64,000 nt of DNA from an uncultured Gemmatimonadaceae bacterium (GCA_963817955.1 CAWFQK010000004.1:576001-640000), one strand, 5' to 3'; positions 36,812-45,846 are shown, numbered from the stretch's first letter. Numbers and translations: made by a program. Notes: generated by a model not told the origin, from the sequence alone.

Positions 36812-37868
36812 GCCGCAGCGCCTCCACCATCTCGCTGATGACCGGGGCGATCTCGTGCAGCGGGGCGACGCGATCGGCGCCCGCATGCTGCAGCGCCATC
36901 TGCGGCATGCCGAAAATCGTCGCGGTGGCGCGATCCTGCACGATAGCCCGGCCTCCGGCTTCGCGGATCAAACGGGTCCCTTCGCTGCCGTCTCGCCCCA
37001 TGCCAGTGAGCACGACGGCCACCGTCGCCGCACCAAACACCTCCGCCGCAGAGCGGAACAATCGGTCGGCTGCGGGACGCACGCCCCAGATCGATGGCGA
37101 TGTATCGAGCACGATCGTCGGACCATCGGGGTCGCCGCGCACCCGCATGTGGTAGCCGCCGGGCGCCAAATAGACGTTGCCATGCACAACGGGCTCGCCG
37201 TCCTCGGCCTCGTGGATCCGGATCGGACTCAAGGTATCGAGCCGCTGGGCGAGACTCTTCGTGAACCCAGCCGGCATGTGTTGCACGATGAGCACCGCCG
37301 CGGGGAGTTCGCGCGGCAGATGGGGCATGATCGCCGCGAGCGCGCGCGGTCCGCCAGTCGATGACGCGATGACCACTGCGTGCGACGCGCGCGTGAGCGG
37401 ATCGATGCGCCGGACGCCCTCCAGCGAGGAACGCGCCGGCGTCTTCAGGCCGGCGAGGTTCGCCGCCGCCGCGCCGCGCAATGCGGCCACGAGACGATCG
37501 GCAATGAGTCCCACATCGAGGCTGATCGAGCCCGACGGCTTGAGCACGAAGTCCACCGCGCCCAGTTCGAGCGCCTTGAGCGTCGCCTCCTGCCCGCTGC
37601 GTGTCGTTCCGGCACTCAGCATGACCACCGCGCGCGGCGTTTCGCTCATGATATAGCCAAGCGCACTCAAACCGTCGAGTTCCGGCATGTCCACGTCGAG
37701 CGTGACAATATCTGGATCGAGCTCGTGAATCCGCTTGAGCGCGTCGAATCCGTTCCGCGCCGTACCCGCCACCACGAACTCTCCCGAGTCATCGACGATC
37801 TGCGAGGTCATGCGGCGCATGAACGCGCTATCGTCCACGACGAGGACACGCGGCTTGTCAGAGGACAC
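36801..37868 (-). CDS. cheB: Methylesterase CheB (REC plus CheB domain)
   Basis: VLVVDDSAFMR and TLDVDMP. Catalytic triad motifs SSTGGP, VQHMP and LTGMGRDG are intact. GTG start at 37868. Confidence 0.96.
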   Translation of the reverse strand: MSSDKPRVLVVDDSAFMRRMTSQIVDDSGEFVVAGTARNGFDALKRIHELDPDIVTLDVDMPELDGLSALGYIMSETPRAVVMLSAGTTRSGQEATLKALELGAVDFVLKPSGSISLDVGLIADRLVAALRGAAAANLAGLKTPARSSLEGVRRIDPLTRASHAVVIASSTGGPRALAAIMPHLPRELPAAVLIVQHMPAGFTKSLAQRLDTLSPIRIHEAEDGEPVVHGNVYLAPGGYHMRVRGDPDGPTIVLDTSPSIWGVRPAADRLFRSAAEVFGAATVAVVLTGMGRDGSEGTRLIREAGGRAIVQDRATATIFGMPQMALQHAGADRVAPLHEIAPVISEMVEALRHVP

Positions 37869-38349
37869 GCGATCCCCCGCGCAGCGAGCGCACTTCCACG
37901 CGGCCATCCGCTAGAAAGAGGTACACGCTGCGGCCGTAGTCGCTCCCGGTGTCCTCGGCCACGATCGGCAGGTTGGCGCCGGCGAGCACTTCGCGCACCG
38001 CAGTGACGTTCCGTTCCCCAATGTTCATGCCGCCCGCCGGAAGGACGTTGCCAAACATACTCGCGCCGCCGGCGATTCTCGCTCGAATGCGCCCGAGGCT
38101 GGCGCCGAGGTCCCGCATCTCGGCGAGCACCAGCGGAACCACCGTCTGTGGAAATTTCGCCGGATTGGATCGATCGCGCGACATGCTCTCGCTTGGCAGC
38201 AGCACGTGAGCCAGGGCGCCAACGCGCGCCACGGCGTCGTACAGAACAATCGCCACGCACGATCCGAGGCCGATCGTCGAGATCGTCCCGTCGGCGGCGA
38301 CGGCATAGTCGGCGACCTTCACGCGCCGCTCGACGGGAATGGCCGTCAT
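37858..38349 (-). CDS. cheD: Chemoreceptor glutamine deamidase CheD
   Basis: TIGLGSCVAIVLYD, AHVLLP, AGGASMF, IGERN and EDTG. Confidence 0.93.
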   Translation of the reverse strand: MTAIPVERRVKVADYAVAADGTISTIGLGSCVAIVLYDAVARVGALAHVLLPSESMSRDRSNPAKFPQTVVPLVLAEMRDLGASLGRIRARIAGGASMFGNVLPAGGMNIGERNVTAVREVLAGANLPIVAEDTGSDYGRSVYLFLADGRVEVRSLRGGSRVL

Positions 38350-39167
38350 AGGCGCCGAAAGATTCGTTGCCGCGCATCGACGGGCGCGAAGTGGGTGCGC
38401 GCACGTCCGAGCAGGGTCTCGACCTTGCCGAGCACGAGGAATCCGTCCGGCGCCAGCGCGTCGTAGAAAGTATTGAACAGCCGCTCCTGCGTATCCCGGT
38501 CGAAGTAAATCAACACGTTTCGGCACACGATGAGGTCATGCGGCCCCGGCGGCGGCGGCTCGCTGAGCAGATCGCGTCGCTCGAACCGCACCATGCTGCG
38601 AATGGCTGAGGATACGGCGAAGGGCGACGCGACCGCGAAGTACTCCTGTCGCAGATCGCCAGGCGTGTCGTCGAAGTCGCCTGGCTCGAATTGTCCGCGC
38701 CCAGCCGCGGCGAGACATTGCTGGTCGATGTCGGTTCCCACCACCCGCACGCGCCCAATCCGGGCGAGCGAATCGTTGAGGGCCGCGTACCGATGAAACA
38801 GAATGGCGAGCGAATACGGCTCGTCTCCCGACGAGCACCCCGCGCTCCACACGCGAATCGCCGGCTGCTCGCGGCGCCAGAGCGCGGGCACCACGTGCTC
38901 CGCCATCGCCGCGTAGGCATCCCAGTTTCGAAAGAGTTTCGTGACATTGATCGTCAACGCATCGAGCAGCCGGTCGTATTCTGCGGCGTCCCGATCGAGG
39001 AGTCGCGCGTACTCGTCGTAGGTGTGCACACCGCGCGCGCGCATGCGCACGGCAATCCGCCGGCGCAGACACTTCTCCTTGTACGACGCACAGCCGAAGC
39101 CGCGCTCCGCGGAGATCTTGTGCGTCAACTCCAAGAACCCAGCCTGCTCCTGCTCCTGCTCCGGCAT
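38346..39167 (-). CDS. cheR: Methyltransferase CheR
   Basis: LTINVTKLFRN, WSAGCSSGDEPYS, GTDID and CRNVLIYF. Confidence 0.95.
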   Translation of the reverse strand: MPEQEQEQAGFLELTHKISAERGFGCASYKEKCLRRRIAVRMRARGVHTYDEYARLLDRDAAEYDRLLDALTINVTKLFRNWDAYAAMAEHVVPALWRREQPAIRVWSAGCSSGDEPYSLAILFHRYAALNDSLARIGRVRVVGTDIDQQCLAAAGRGQFEPGDFDDTPGDLRQEYFAVASPFAVSSAIRSMVRFERRDLLSEPPPPGPHDLIVCRNVLIYFDRDTQERLFNTFYDALAPDGFLVLGKVETLLGRARTHFAPVDARQRIFRRL

Positions 39168-40786
39168 CAATACACCTGCCGAATCGATTCCAGATTCGTA
39201 CGCACGATTGCGTTGTTCGGATCGAGCTCGAGCGCCCGCTCCCAGCAGCGTAGCGCTTCATCGCGCTCCCGCCGCCGCAGGCGAATGTTGCCGAGCTTGA
39301 GATAGACGTCGGCCCCGAGATCCGGGTCCGCCTTCGTCGCGCGCAGGTACGACTCGAGGGCGTCGTCGTACCGGCCGCCGCGGTAGTGCAGGTCGCCCAG
39401 GTTCTTGTGGAGCTGCGGCATGCCGGGATCCTCATGGAGGCCGCGTTCGATGGTCTCACGCGCATTGTCGTAGGCCGTGCTGCGTTCGAGCGCCGCGGCG
39501 AGGTTGTTCCAGAGCGCCGCGACGTGCGGATGGGCCGACACGCCCTCTGTCAGCACGATGGCGGCGCGCGACGTGTCTCCGGCGAGCGCGGCCGCAAGCC
39601 CCATGTAGTGGTACCACGCCGCAGTCGGCGGACGGGTGCCGAACAGCGTCCGCGCCGACGCGAGCAGCGCGTCGGCCTCCGCGACATCGCCCGTCATGAG
39701 CGTCACCACACCGAGCGACGTCTGCACGCGCGGATCGGCCGAACCACCGCGCCGCGCGGCCTCCTCGAGCGCTGCACGCGCTTCCTCGTATCGATTGAGC
39801 CGCTCCAGCGCGTAGGCCAGGTTGTGGAACACCGCCATGTGCGCGCCCGGTTGCGCCGCCGCCTCGGAGAATGTGGCGGCCGCGTCTTCCCACTTCTGCT
39901 GGCGGGCCAGCACGAGACCGATGTAGAACCGCGCCACCGCGTCGAATCCGCGCAGATCGAGCACACGCCGGAATTCCCGCAACGCCTCATCGAGCATATT
40001 GGTCTTGTAGAACGCGATCCCGAGGTTGCGGTGTTCCTCGATGCGCCCTTCCGACGGCGCGGGAGCCGGCGGCGCCGTCTTGCCAATGCGATGGATGAAC
40101 CCCGTGGTGAGCAGGCCGTACAACGCCTTCCCGACCTCGAACTCCACGAGGCCTGACTCGTCGATGATTGCTTGCACGTCGCGCGTGCCGTCGACCAACT
40201 CGAGCACGGCACGCTGCTCGTCGGTGAGCGCTGTTTCGCTCGATAGGACCTTGGCGCGATCTATCTCGAAGACAATGTCGAACGTCGGAATCTTCTTCTC
40301 GACGAGACCCCACTCATCGACTCGCCGGGCACCCTCGAGCAGCAGCGACTCCGGATTGATCGATACGACATGGTCATGCTGATCCGGCGCGACGTCAGCC
40401 TCGAAATTGAATGTCCCCTGGTTCCAGGTGAACAGGAAGTACACCGCTTCCTGAATCTGCACATGGATGGCGTCGTGCAACTGCTGCAGACTGAGCGCGC
40501 CCTGCTCCACCAGCAACTCGCCAAGCCGCTTGTCGCGCCGGCGATCCTGCAGCGCCACACTGGCCTCCAACCGCGCCTGCGTGACGATGCCGCTCTTCAC
40601 CAGCATGTCGCCGAGTCGATCGCGCCGGTTCACGATGGAGGCGTAGCAGATGCGGCCCTTTTCGAAATAGACGTACCCAAAGCTGTTCCGGTGCGTGACG
40701 CTCAGGCACCCCGTCTTCTTCCCCATCGCCAGAAGCTGGAGAACGTCGGGAAGGCTCGCTTCCTTGAGGCTGCCGCGGATGGCCAT
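39167..40786 (-). CDS. DUF4388 (PATAN-like) protein with a tandem MshEN-type motif and a C-terminal TPR array
   Basis: GSLKEASLPDVLQLL...KTGCL...YFEKG...WNQGTFNF...LLLEGARRVDEW, two RLG..L...G motifs, then ~8 TPRs. ATG 40786 overlaps the upstream stop. Confidence 0.85.
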   Translation of the reverse strand: MAIRGSLKEASLPDVLQLLAMGKKTGCLSVTHRNSFGYVYFEKGRICYASIVNRRDRLGDMLVKSGIVTQARLEASVALQDRRRDKRLGELLVEQGALSLQQLHDAIHVQIQEAVYFLFTWNQGTFNFEADVAPDQHDHVVSINPESLLLEGARRVDEWGLVEKKIPTFDIVFEIDRAKVLSSETALTDEQRAVLELVDGTRDVQAIIDESGLVEFEVGKALYGLLTTGFIHRIGKTAPPAPAPSEGRIEEHRNLGIAFYKTNMLDEALREFRRVLDLRGFDAVARFYIGLVLARQQKWEDAAATFSEAAAQPGAHMAVFHNLAYALERLNRYEEARAALEEAARRGGSADPRVQTSLGVVTLMTGDVAEADALLASARTLFGTRPPTAAWYHYMGLAAALAGDTSRAAIVLTEGVSAHPHVAALWNNLAAALERSTAYDNARETIERGLHEDPGMPQLHKNLGDLHYRGGRYDDALESYLRATKADPDLGADVYLKLGNIRLRRRERDEALRCWERALELDPNNAIVRTNLESIRQVY

Positions 40787-42726
40787 CAGCGCAGATCCTC
40801 GATCAGGCGCGTGCCGGCGTCGGGCCACTGCCACAGAATCTTTTCGCCGTCGAGAAAGAACGTGTCGGCCGTCGTGCGCATTGCCGCGGCACGGGGCGCG
40901 TCGCCCTGCTCCGGTTCGAGCTCGGCACGAATGAACCCGATCGTCACCGGCACGGCCTTCACTTCGGCCGAGGCGACGATCCGGTTCGCGGCACCGATGA
41001 TCTCGCGCACGCTGGCAACCGGTCGGTCGGCAAGATAGTTCAGCATCTCGCCGGTGGGGTCGAGTCCCAGGTCCTTGAGGAATCGCGCAAAGAGCCGCTC
41101 GCGCAGCGACCGGTCGGGCGACTGCATCGGTACGACCAGGCCGCCCTCGAACCGCGAGCGCAGTCGTTCCTCGAGGCCCGACAACTCGCGTGGCGGTCGA
41201 TCGCTGGCGAAGACGAGCTGCTTGCCGTCGGCATACAGCGCGTTGAATACGTGAAACAGCTCTTCCTGCGTGCGTTCCTTGCCGGCCACGAACTGCACGT
41301 CATCGAGCAACAGCGCCGAGGCAGCGCGATATCGCGCCCGCCAACGATCCACTGTTCCCTCCTGCATCGCGGCGATCAGTTCGTCGATGAACAGCTGGGC
41401 GGGCACGCAGGCGACACTGCCGGTGCCCGCCGACGCTTGCACGAGTCCATTGCCGATCGCATTGAGGAGGTGGGTCTTGCCCACCCCGCTCGGCCCGTGA
41501 ATGAACAACGGATTGTACCGGAGTGCCGGGACGGCGACGATGGCGTCGGCGGCCCGCACGGCAAGCTGATTGCACGCCGCCACTTCGAATCCGGCGCGCG
41601 TGAAGGCGGCCGACGGTCCCGGCGGCGGCGTCGACGTGCGAAGCGCACGCTCGAGCAGTTGCCCGGCCTCCTCGAGCCGATCCGGGTCGTGAAAAGCATC
41701 GTGCTCGGCCAACGCGCGGTCGAGACCTGCCACCTGCTTTTCGAGATCACGCAGCTTCGAGACGCTTCCTTCGAATTCGCGCAGCACCGTCTCGACGCTC
41801 GTCGGCGGCGCAGGATCCTGGAGCATGCGTTCGAGCGCAGCGGCGCGATACCCCTCGCTGTTCCAGTAGGCGATCGCCTCCGTCAGGCGGGTTCTCCACT
41901 GCTCGAGATGCTGTGCGACGGCCGCCGACATATTCGAGAGGAAATTCGCGAACTCTCCGAGCGCCTGCGGTGGATTGGCGCGCGGGCGCTGCTCGGCGAG
42001 GTCGCCGAGGATGCCAATGACCGCGCCGGGGTCGATCTGTTCGCCGCCGAGCGTCTGGAACGCGATGATCCGATTGAGCGCGCCCTGCAGCTCGCGCACG
42101 TTCTTGAATTCCAGACGTCCCACTTCCTCGATGACGCCGGGCCGGAAGCGGACCCCGCGCTCCTCGCACTTGGCCTTGAGAATAGCCATGCGCGTTTCAT
42201 AATCGGGTGCCCCCATGTCGACGATCAGACCACCCGACAGCCGCGTGATCAGCCGCTCGTCCACGTCGCTGATCTCCGACGGCGGCCGGTCGCTGGTCAT
42301 CACGATCTGCTTGCCGGCGGCGGTGAGCGCGTTGAAGATGCGCAGCAACTGCGTCTGCGTCTCGCGATGGCCGGTCAAGAACTGCACGTCGTCGATCAGC
42401 AGCACGCCGATGCCGACATACCGGTTCTTGAACGGTTCTGCCTCGCCGGCCGCGATCGCCTCGTGCAACTCCGCCACGAAGTCGTCGAGCGTGACGAACG
42501 CGACGAGCAGTCCCGTGTGGCGCTGTGTCACGTGATTGCCGATCGCGCTCATCAGGTGCGTCTTGCCGAGCCCCGAACTGCTGTACATGAACAGCGGGTT
42601 GTACACGGCGCCCGGCGCGTCCGCCACCGCGCGCGCCGCGGCCACAGCGAGCCCGTTGGCCGAGCCGACGATGAAATTATCAAACCGGAGCTTCAGGTCT
42701 ACCGGCACGCGACGATTCCTCTCCAC
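40786..42726 (-). CDS. Tandem DnaA/Hda-family AAA+ ATPase lacking DnaA domains I and IV
   Basis: Two copies of the DnaA domain III signature. First: YNPLFMYSSSGLGKTHL, LLIDDVQF, SDRPP, RLITRLSGGL, NVRELQGA. Second: YNPLFIHGPSGVGKTHL, LLLDDVQF, SDRPP, RLRSRFEGGL, SVREIIGA. Confidence 0.9.
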   Translation of the reverse strand: MERNRRVPVDLKLRFDNFIVGSANGLAVAAARAVADAPGAVYNPLFMYSSSGLGKTHLMSAIGNHVTQRHTGLLVAFVTLDDFVAELHEAIAAGEAEPFKNRYVGIGVLLIDDVQFLTGHRETQTQLLRIFNALTAAGKQIVMTSDRPPSEISDVDERLITRLSGGLIVDMGAPDYETRMAILKAKCEERGVRFRPGVIEEVGRLEFKNVRELQGALNRIIAFQTLGGEQIDPGAVIGILGDLAEQRPRANPPQALGEFANFLSNMSAAVAQHLEQWRTRLTEAIAYWNSEGYRAAALERMLQDPAPPTSVETVLREFEGSVSKLRDLEKQVAGLDRALAEHDAFHDPDRLEEAGQLLERALRTSTPPPGPSAAFTRAGFEVAACNQLAVRAADAIVAVPALRYNPLFIHGPSGVGKTHLLNAIGNGLVQASAGTGSVACVPAQLFIDELIAAMQEGTVDRWRARYRAASALLLDDVQFVAGKERTQEELFHVFNALYADGKQLVFASDRPPRELSGLEERLRSRFEGGLVVPMQSPDRSLRERLFARFLKDLGLDPTGEMLNYLADRPVASVREIIGAANRIVASAEVKAVPVTIGFIRAELEPEQGDAPRAAAMRTTADTFFLDGEKILWQWPDAGTRLIEDLR

Positions 42727-42730
42727 GTCG

Positions 42731-43336
42731 CTAGGGCGCCGCGCCCGCGCCCGCGCTCAGACGCTTGAGCACGAGCTCCGAGATCGAGCGGAGTGTCTCG
42801 AAGACCCCGGGGCCGTGCAGGGCGTCGGCGCCAAAGTCCGGGACGCCTCGAAAATTCAGGGCGTCCGATAGCTCGGGGACGCCAAGGATGAGATCGGCCG
42901 GCAAGTCCTGCTTGTTGTACTGGAGCACGAGCGGTACGGTGCGCGCATCGATCCCCTGCTCGGCGAGATTTGCGTGCAGGTCCTGAAGGCTCTCGATGTT
43001 CTCCTCCACCTGCCGCGCCTGACTGTCGGCCACGAACACCACGCCATCTGCGCCCTGCAGCACGAGCTTGCGAGTCGTCTGATAGTAGACCTGGCCCGGC
43101 ACCGTGTAGAGCTGGAACTTGGTCGTGAATCCGGAGATGGTTCCGAGGTCCAGCGGCAGGAAGTCGAAGAACAGCGTCCGGTCGGTCTGCGTCGCGAGCG
43201 ACACCATCTTGCCTTTGCGATCGTCCGGGACCTGCCCATAGATGTAGTGCAAATTCGTCGTCTTTCCGGACCGGCCCGGCCCGTAGTAGACAATCTTGCA
43301 CGTGATCTCGCGGGTGGCGTAGTTGACGAGAGACAA
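42731..43336 (-). CDS. mglA: MglA-family small GTPase
   Basis: KIVYYGPGRSGKTTNL (G1), DRTLFFDFLP, YTVPGQVYY (G3), ADGVVFVADS and YNKQDL (G4), closely following the Myxococcus MglA pattern. Confidence 0.93.
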   Translation of the reverse strand: MSLVNYATREITCKIVYYGPGRSGKTTNLHYIYGQVPDDRKGKMVSLATQTDRTLFFDFLPLDLGTISGFTTKFQLYTVPGQVYYQTTRKLVLQGADGVVFVADSQARQVEENIESLQDLHANLAEQGIDARTVPLVLQYNKQDLPADLILGVPELSDALNFRGVPDFGADALHGPGVFETLRSISELVLKRLSAGAGAAP

Positions 43337-43355
43337 GGGTGTCGAGCGGCAAGGG

Positions 43356-43826
43356 TTAGCGACCGAACATCGAAGCGAGGTTGCGATGCAGCTCAGTTTC
43401 GAAGTTCACGTCGAACATGGGTTCGCGAAGAAGCGGAAGCGGCGGCGCGGCAGCGGCCAGATCGCGGCACAACTCGTCGAAGAACAGACGCACCAGGCCG
43501 AGCGAACTTGCCTGGTCAAAGACGGTAAGACAAATGTAGGCACCGCGGCACGTATCCACCGGCGCGAGATAGAGTTGCTTCTCCAAGCCTTCGTGGTGCA
43601 AGCCGTGAAATGGACGTCCATCCAGCTGCCGGCCAAGCTCCCCCGCGGTTGCGTGCACTGCCGATGCGAGCGCACACGCGGTCATGACGTCCACAGCACG
43701 CGTAAAGCCCGCCTGCGCCACCACTTGACCTGACGGGTGCAGGAGCAGCGCGAGACGCGCGCGCGCCTCGTCGACGAACCGCTTGAGCGGCGGTTCGACC
43801 CACGGCTCGACCGTGGCGATGATCAC
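43356..43826 (-). CDS. MglB-like Roadblock/LC7 protein
   Basis: CALASAVHATAGELGRQL...FHGLHHEG...TVFDQASSLGLVRL, the MglB pattern, directly upstream of mglA. Confidence 0.8.
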   Translation of the reverse strand: MIIATVEPWVEPPLKRFVDEARARLALLLHPSGQVVAQAGFTRAVDVMTACALASAVHATAGELGRQLDGRPFHGLHHEGLEKQLYLAPVDTCRGAYICLTVFDQASSLGLVRLFFDELCRDLAAAAPPLPLLREPMFDVNFETELHRNLASMFGR

Positions 43827-44173
43827 GGAAGAAACTCCAGCGCCTTCAGCAGTTCCACGCGAATCAAACCCACGTTGGCCGCAGCCTCAGCCACGACGAC
43901 GATGACGAGGTCACTGCGCCCGGTACCCGCAGCGCAGATCCGTCCCCGCTCGGCGTCGAGCTGGAGAAAGCCGACAGATCCGAGCCGCGCCGCGTTCGCC
44001 GACAACCGCGCCTTGCGGTAAATCGACGCCGCCAACGCCGCAACGCGGTCGCCATCCTGACCGAAGCGCAGGTTGGCGTCCACTACGAGACCGTCACTCT
44101 GCGAGACGATCAAGCTGGCTCGTACGCCACGGAGACGGGTCAGCGATTCGAGCAGATCAGCAAAGGGACTCAT
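43823..44173 (-). CDS. Roadblock/LC7 domain protein
   Basis: GVRASLIVSQSDGLVV...VAALAAS...NVGLIRVEL. Confidence 0.85.
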   Translation of the reverse strand: MSPFADLLESLTRLRGVRASLIVSQSDGLVVDANLRFGQDGDRVAALAASIYRKARLSANAARLGSVGFLQLDAERGRICAAGTGRSDLVIVVVAEAAANVGLIRVELLKALEFLP

Positions 44174-45012
44174 GCGCTCCCTCCCACTCCCCCTCCCCCT
44201 CCCCCGCCGTCGCCCTGGCCCTGCCGCAGCCAGTCAGACGCCCGTTCGACGCACCGATTGAGCAGCCGCCGCAGGAGGCCCAATGGCGTGGCATGCGAGG
44301 CAGCGACAACGACGAGGCTGTGACCCATTGCCGGCGCCATGGCGACCACGGCAGCCTGCGTTTCGAACACGATTGACCGCCATTCGCCAATGTCGAGATG
44401 CCGCGTGGCCCGTAGCACCTCGTCGGAAATGCCGCTCAGTTGTGCACCGATCTCCTGCGCAAGATCGTTTCCTTCCGAATCGGGGTACGACCCACCGACC
44501 ACGTAGCCGCTGACGTCGAGCAGCAAGGCCGTCTGTCCCTGATCAACTAGCACATCCAGGAACAGCATTTGGGGGTCGGTTGCCGGGGGTGCCTCGACCA
44601 CGGGCGCCGGCGCACTGCCGGACGACCGCCGCACCATTTGCAGCGCAGCGGCTACGTCTCCGCCGCCGGCGGCCGCCGCCCGAATGAGATACTGTTCTGC
44701 GTCATCGAAACGGTGTTGTTGAAAACAGACGAAGCCGAGGCCCTTCATGGCGCCAACGTGGCTTGGCACAAGGCGGAGGACCGTCTGCCATTCCTCTGAC
44801 GCGCGCGCAAGGTCGTGGCGATCCACCGCGATTCGCGCTACCAGGTCGTGCGCCTCGGCGTTCGCCGGATGGCGCTCCAATCCGCGGAGCGCGATTTTGA
44901 GCGCGATTTCCACTTGACCCTGGCGGCGCAGGGCCTCGCTGAGCCGGAGGAATACCAGGCTCGATGGCTCGCGTGCCAGCTCGTCGCTCCACCCGTGGAC
45001 GTCGTCAGCCAT
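44170..45012 (-). CDS. TPR plus Roadblock/LC7 fusion protein
   Basis: N-terminal TPRs (LSEALRRQGQVEIA...HP), then ALLLDVSG...IGAQLSGISDE...TPLGLLRR Roadblock-like domain. Start at ATG 45012. Confidence 0.78.
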   Translation of the reverse strand: MADDVHGWSDELAREPSSLVFLRLSEALRRQGQVEIALKIALRGLERHPANAEAHDLVARIAVDRHDLARASEEWQTVLRLVPSHVGAMKGLGFVCFQQHRFDDAEQYLIRAAAAGGGDVAAALQMVRRSSGSAPAPVVEAPPATDPQMLFLDVLVDQGQTALLLDVSGYVVGGSYPDSEGNDLAQEIGAQLSGISDEVLRATRHLDIGEWRSIVFETQAAVVAMAPAMGHSLVVVAASHATPLGLLRRLLNRCVERASDWLRQGQGDGGGGGGGVGGSA

Positions 45013-45841
45013 CGGCGTGCGTCTCCAACACGCGCTGCAGCCGCGCGAGGGCATCGAGCGCATCCCGCGCTTCCGGCGAGCCCGGACCGTTCGGCGAGGC
45101 GCGGAGGAACTGTTCCACTGCCGTGCGTGCACTCGCCAACGCGCCGGTGACCATGCGCGCGGCCGACGTGAACATCGGCGTTTTCGGTGCGGGTTGCGCC
45201 GACTCCGGCAGGGCACGAGACGGGCAGCGCACGTCAACGATGCCAGTCGTCGCCAGACCGTAGGCGATCTTCGCAATCTCGAATTCGTCGCGGCCGAGCG
45301 CCGTGGCAATCGTGCGCACGTCACGCTCGCCGTCGATCATCGTCAGCACCTGCCATTCGTGCGGCAGCAAATCGAGCATGGCGCCCTGCCGGTCATGATC
45401 GACCTCCGCCAGTTCGGGGACGGCATCGACGTTCGGCACCACGTCGGCGATGCGCGACCATTCGTCAATGCGCCGAGCAGCCTCCATGAGGAGCGATTCC
45501 GTGGACACGGTGATCCCCGTGTTGGCCGGCATGTCGCTGCGCGCCCGTTCTTCGAACGAGAAGAAGCCTTCCCGCCAGGACATCAACTCGAACACGACGC
45601 TCTCCAGCTGCAAGCGCAGCTGCCGCTCCAGCTCCTTCCGCGAAATGGCGCCGGGTTCCGTGTGGGGGGGGGCTTTGCTGCGAATCGTCGCCTGAACCAC
45701 GCGTCCGCTGTCGAAATGCACCACGCCCTCGTCCTCGCGCAACGCAGAGTACACGCGGAGCATCCCCGTCTTCCGGCTCAGGTCGAGGAGCTGGAACACG
45801 TCGTGAATGCCGAGTTCGCGAAGGGGACCTTCAATGGCCAT
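45005..45841 (-). CDS. DUF4388 protein
   Basis: AIEGPLRELGIHDVFQLL...KTGML...HFDSG...WREGFFSF...LLMEAARRIDEW...VLTMIDG. Start at ATG 45841. Confidence 0.85.
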   Translation of the reverse strand: MAIEGPLRELGIHDVFQLLDLSRKTGMLRVYSALREDEGVVHFDSGRVVQATIRSKAPPHTEPGAISRKELERQLRLQLESVVFELMSWREGFFSFEERARSDMPANTGITVSTESLLMEAARRIDEWSRIADVVPNVDAVPELAEVDHDRQGAMLDLLPHEWQVLTMIDGERDVRTIATALGRDEFEIAKIAYGLATTGIVDVRCPSRALPESAQPAPKTPMFTSAARMVTGALASARTAVEQFLRASPNGPGSPEARDALDALARLQRVLETHADG

Positions 45842-45846
45842 GGGCG

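Noticed and set aside
39143..39162. (GAGCAG)x3 at the cheR start as a phase-variation tract
   Set aside because: Short, in-frame hexamer encoding EQEQEQ; a length change would not shift the frame.
40786..42726. Canonical dnaA / replication origin
   Set aside because: No domain I or IV, no dnaN, no DnaA-box cluster or AT-rich unwinding region nearby.
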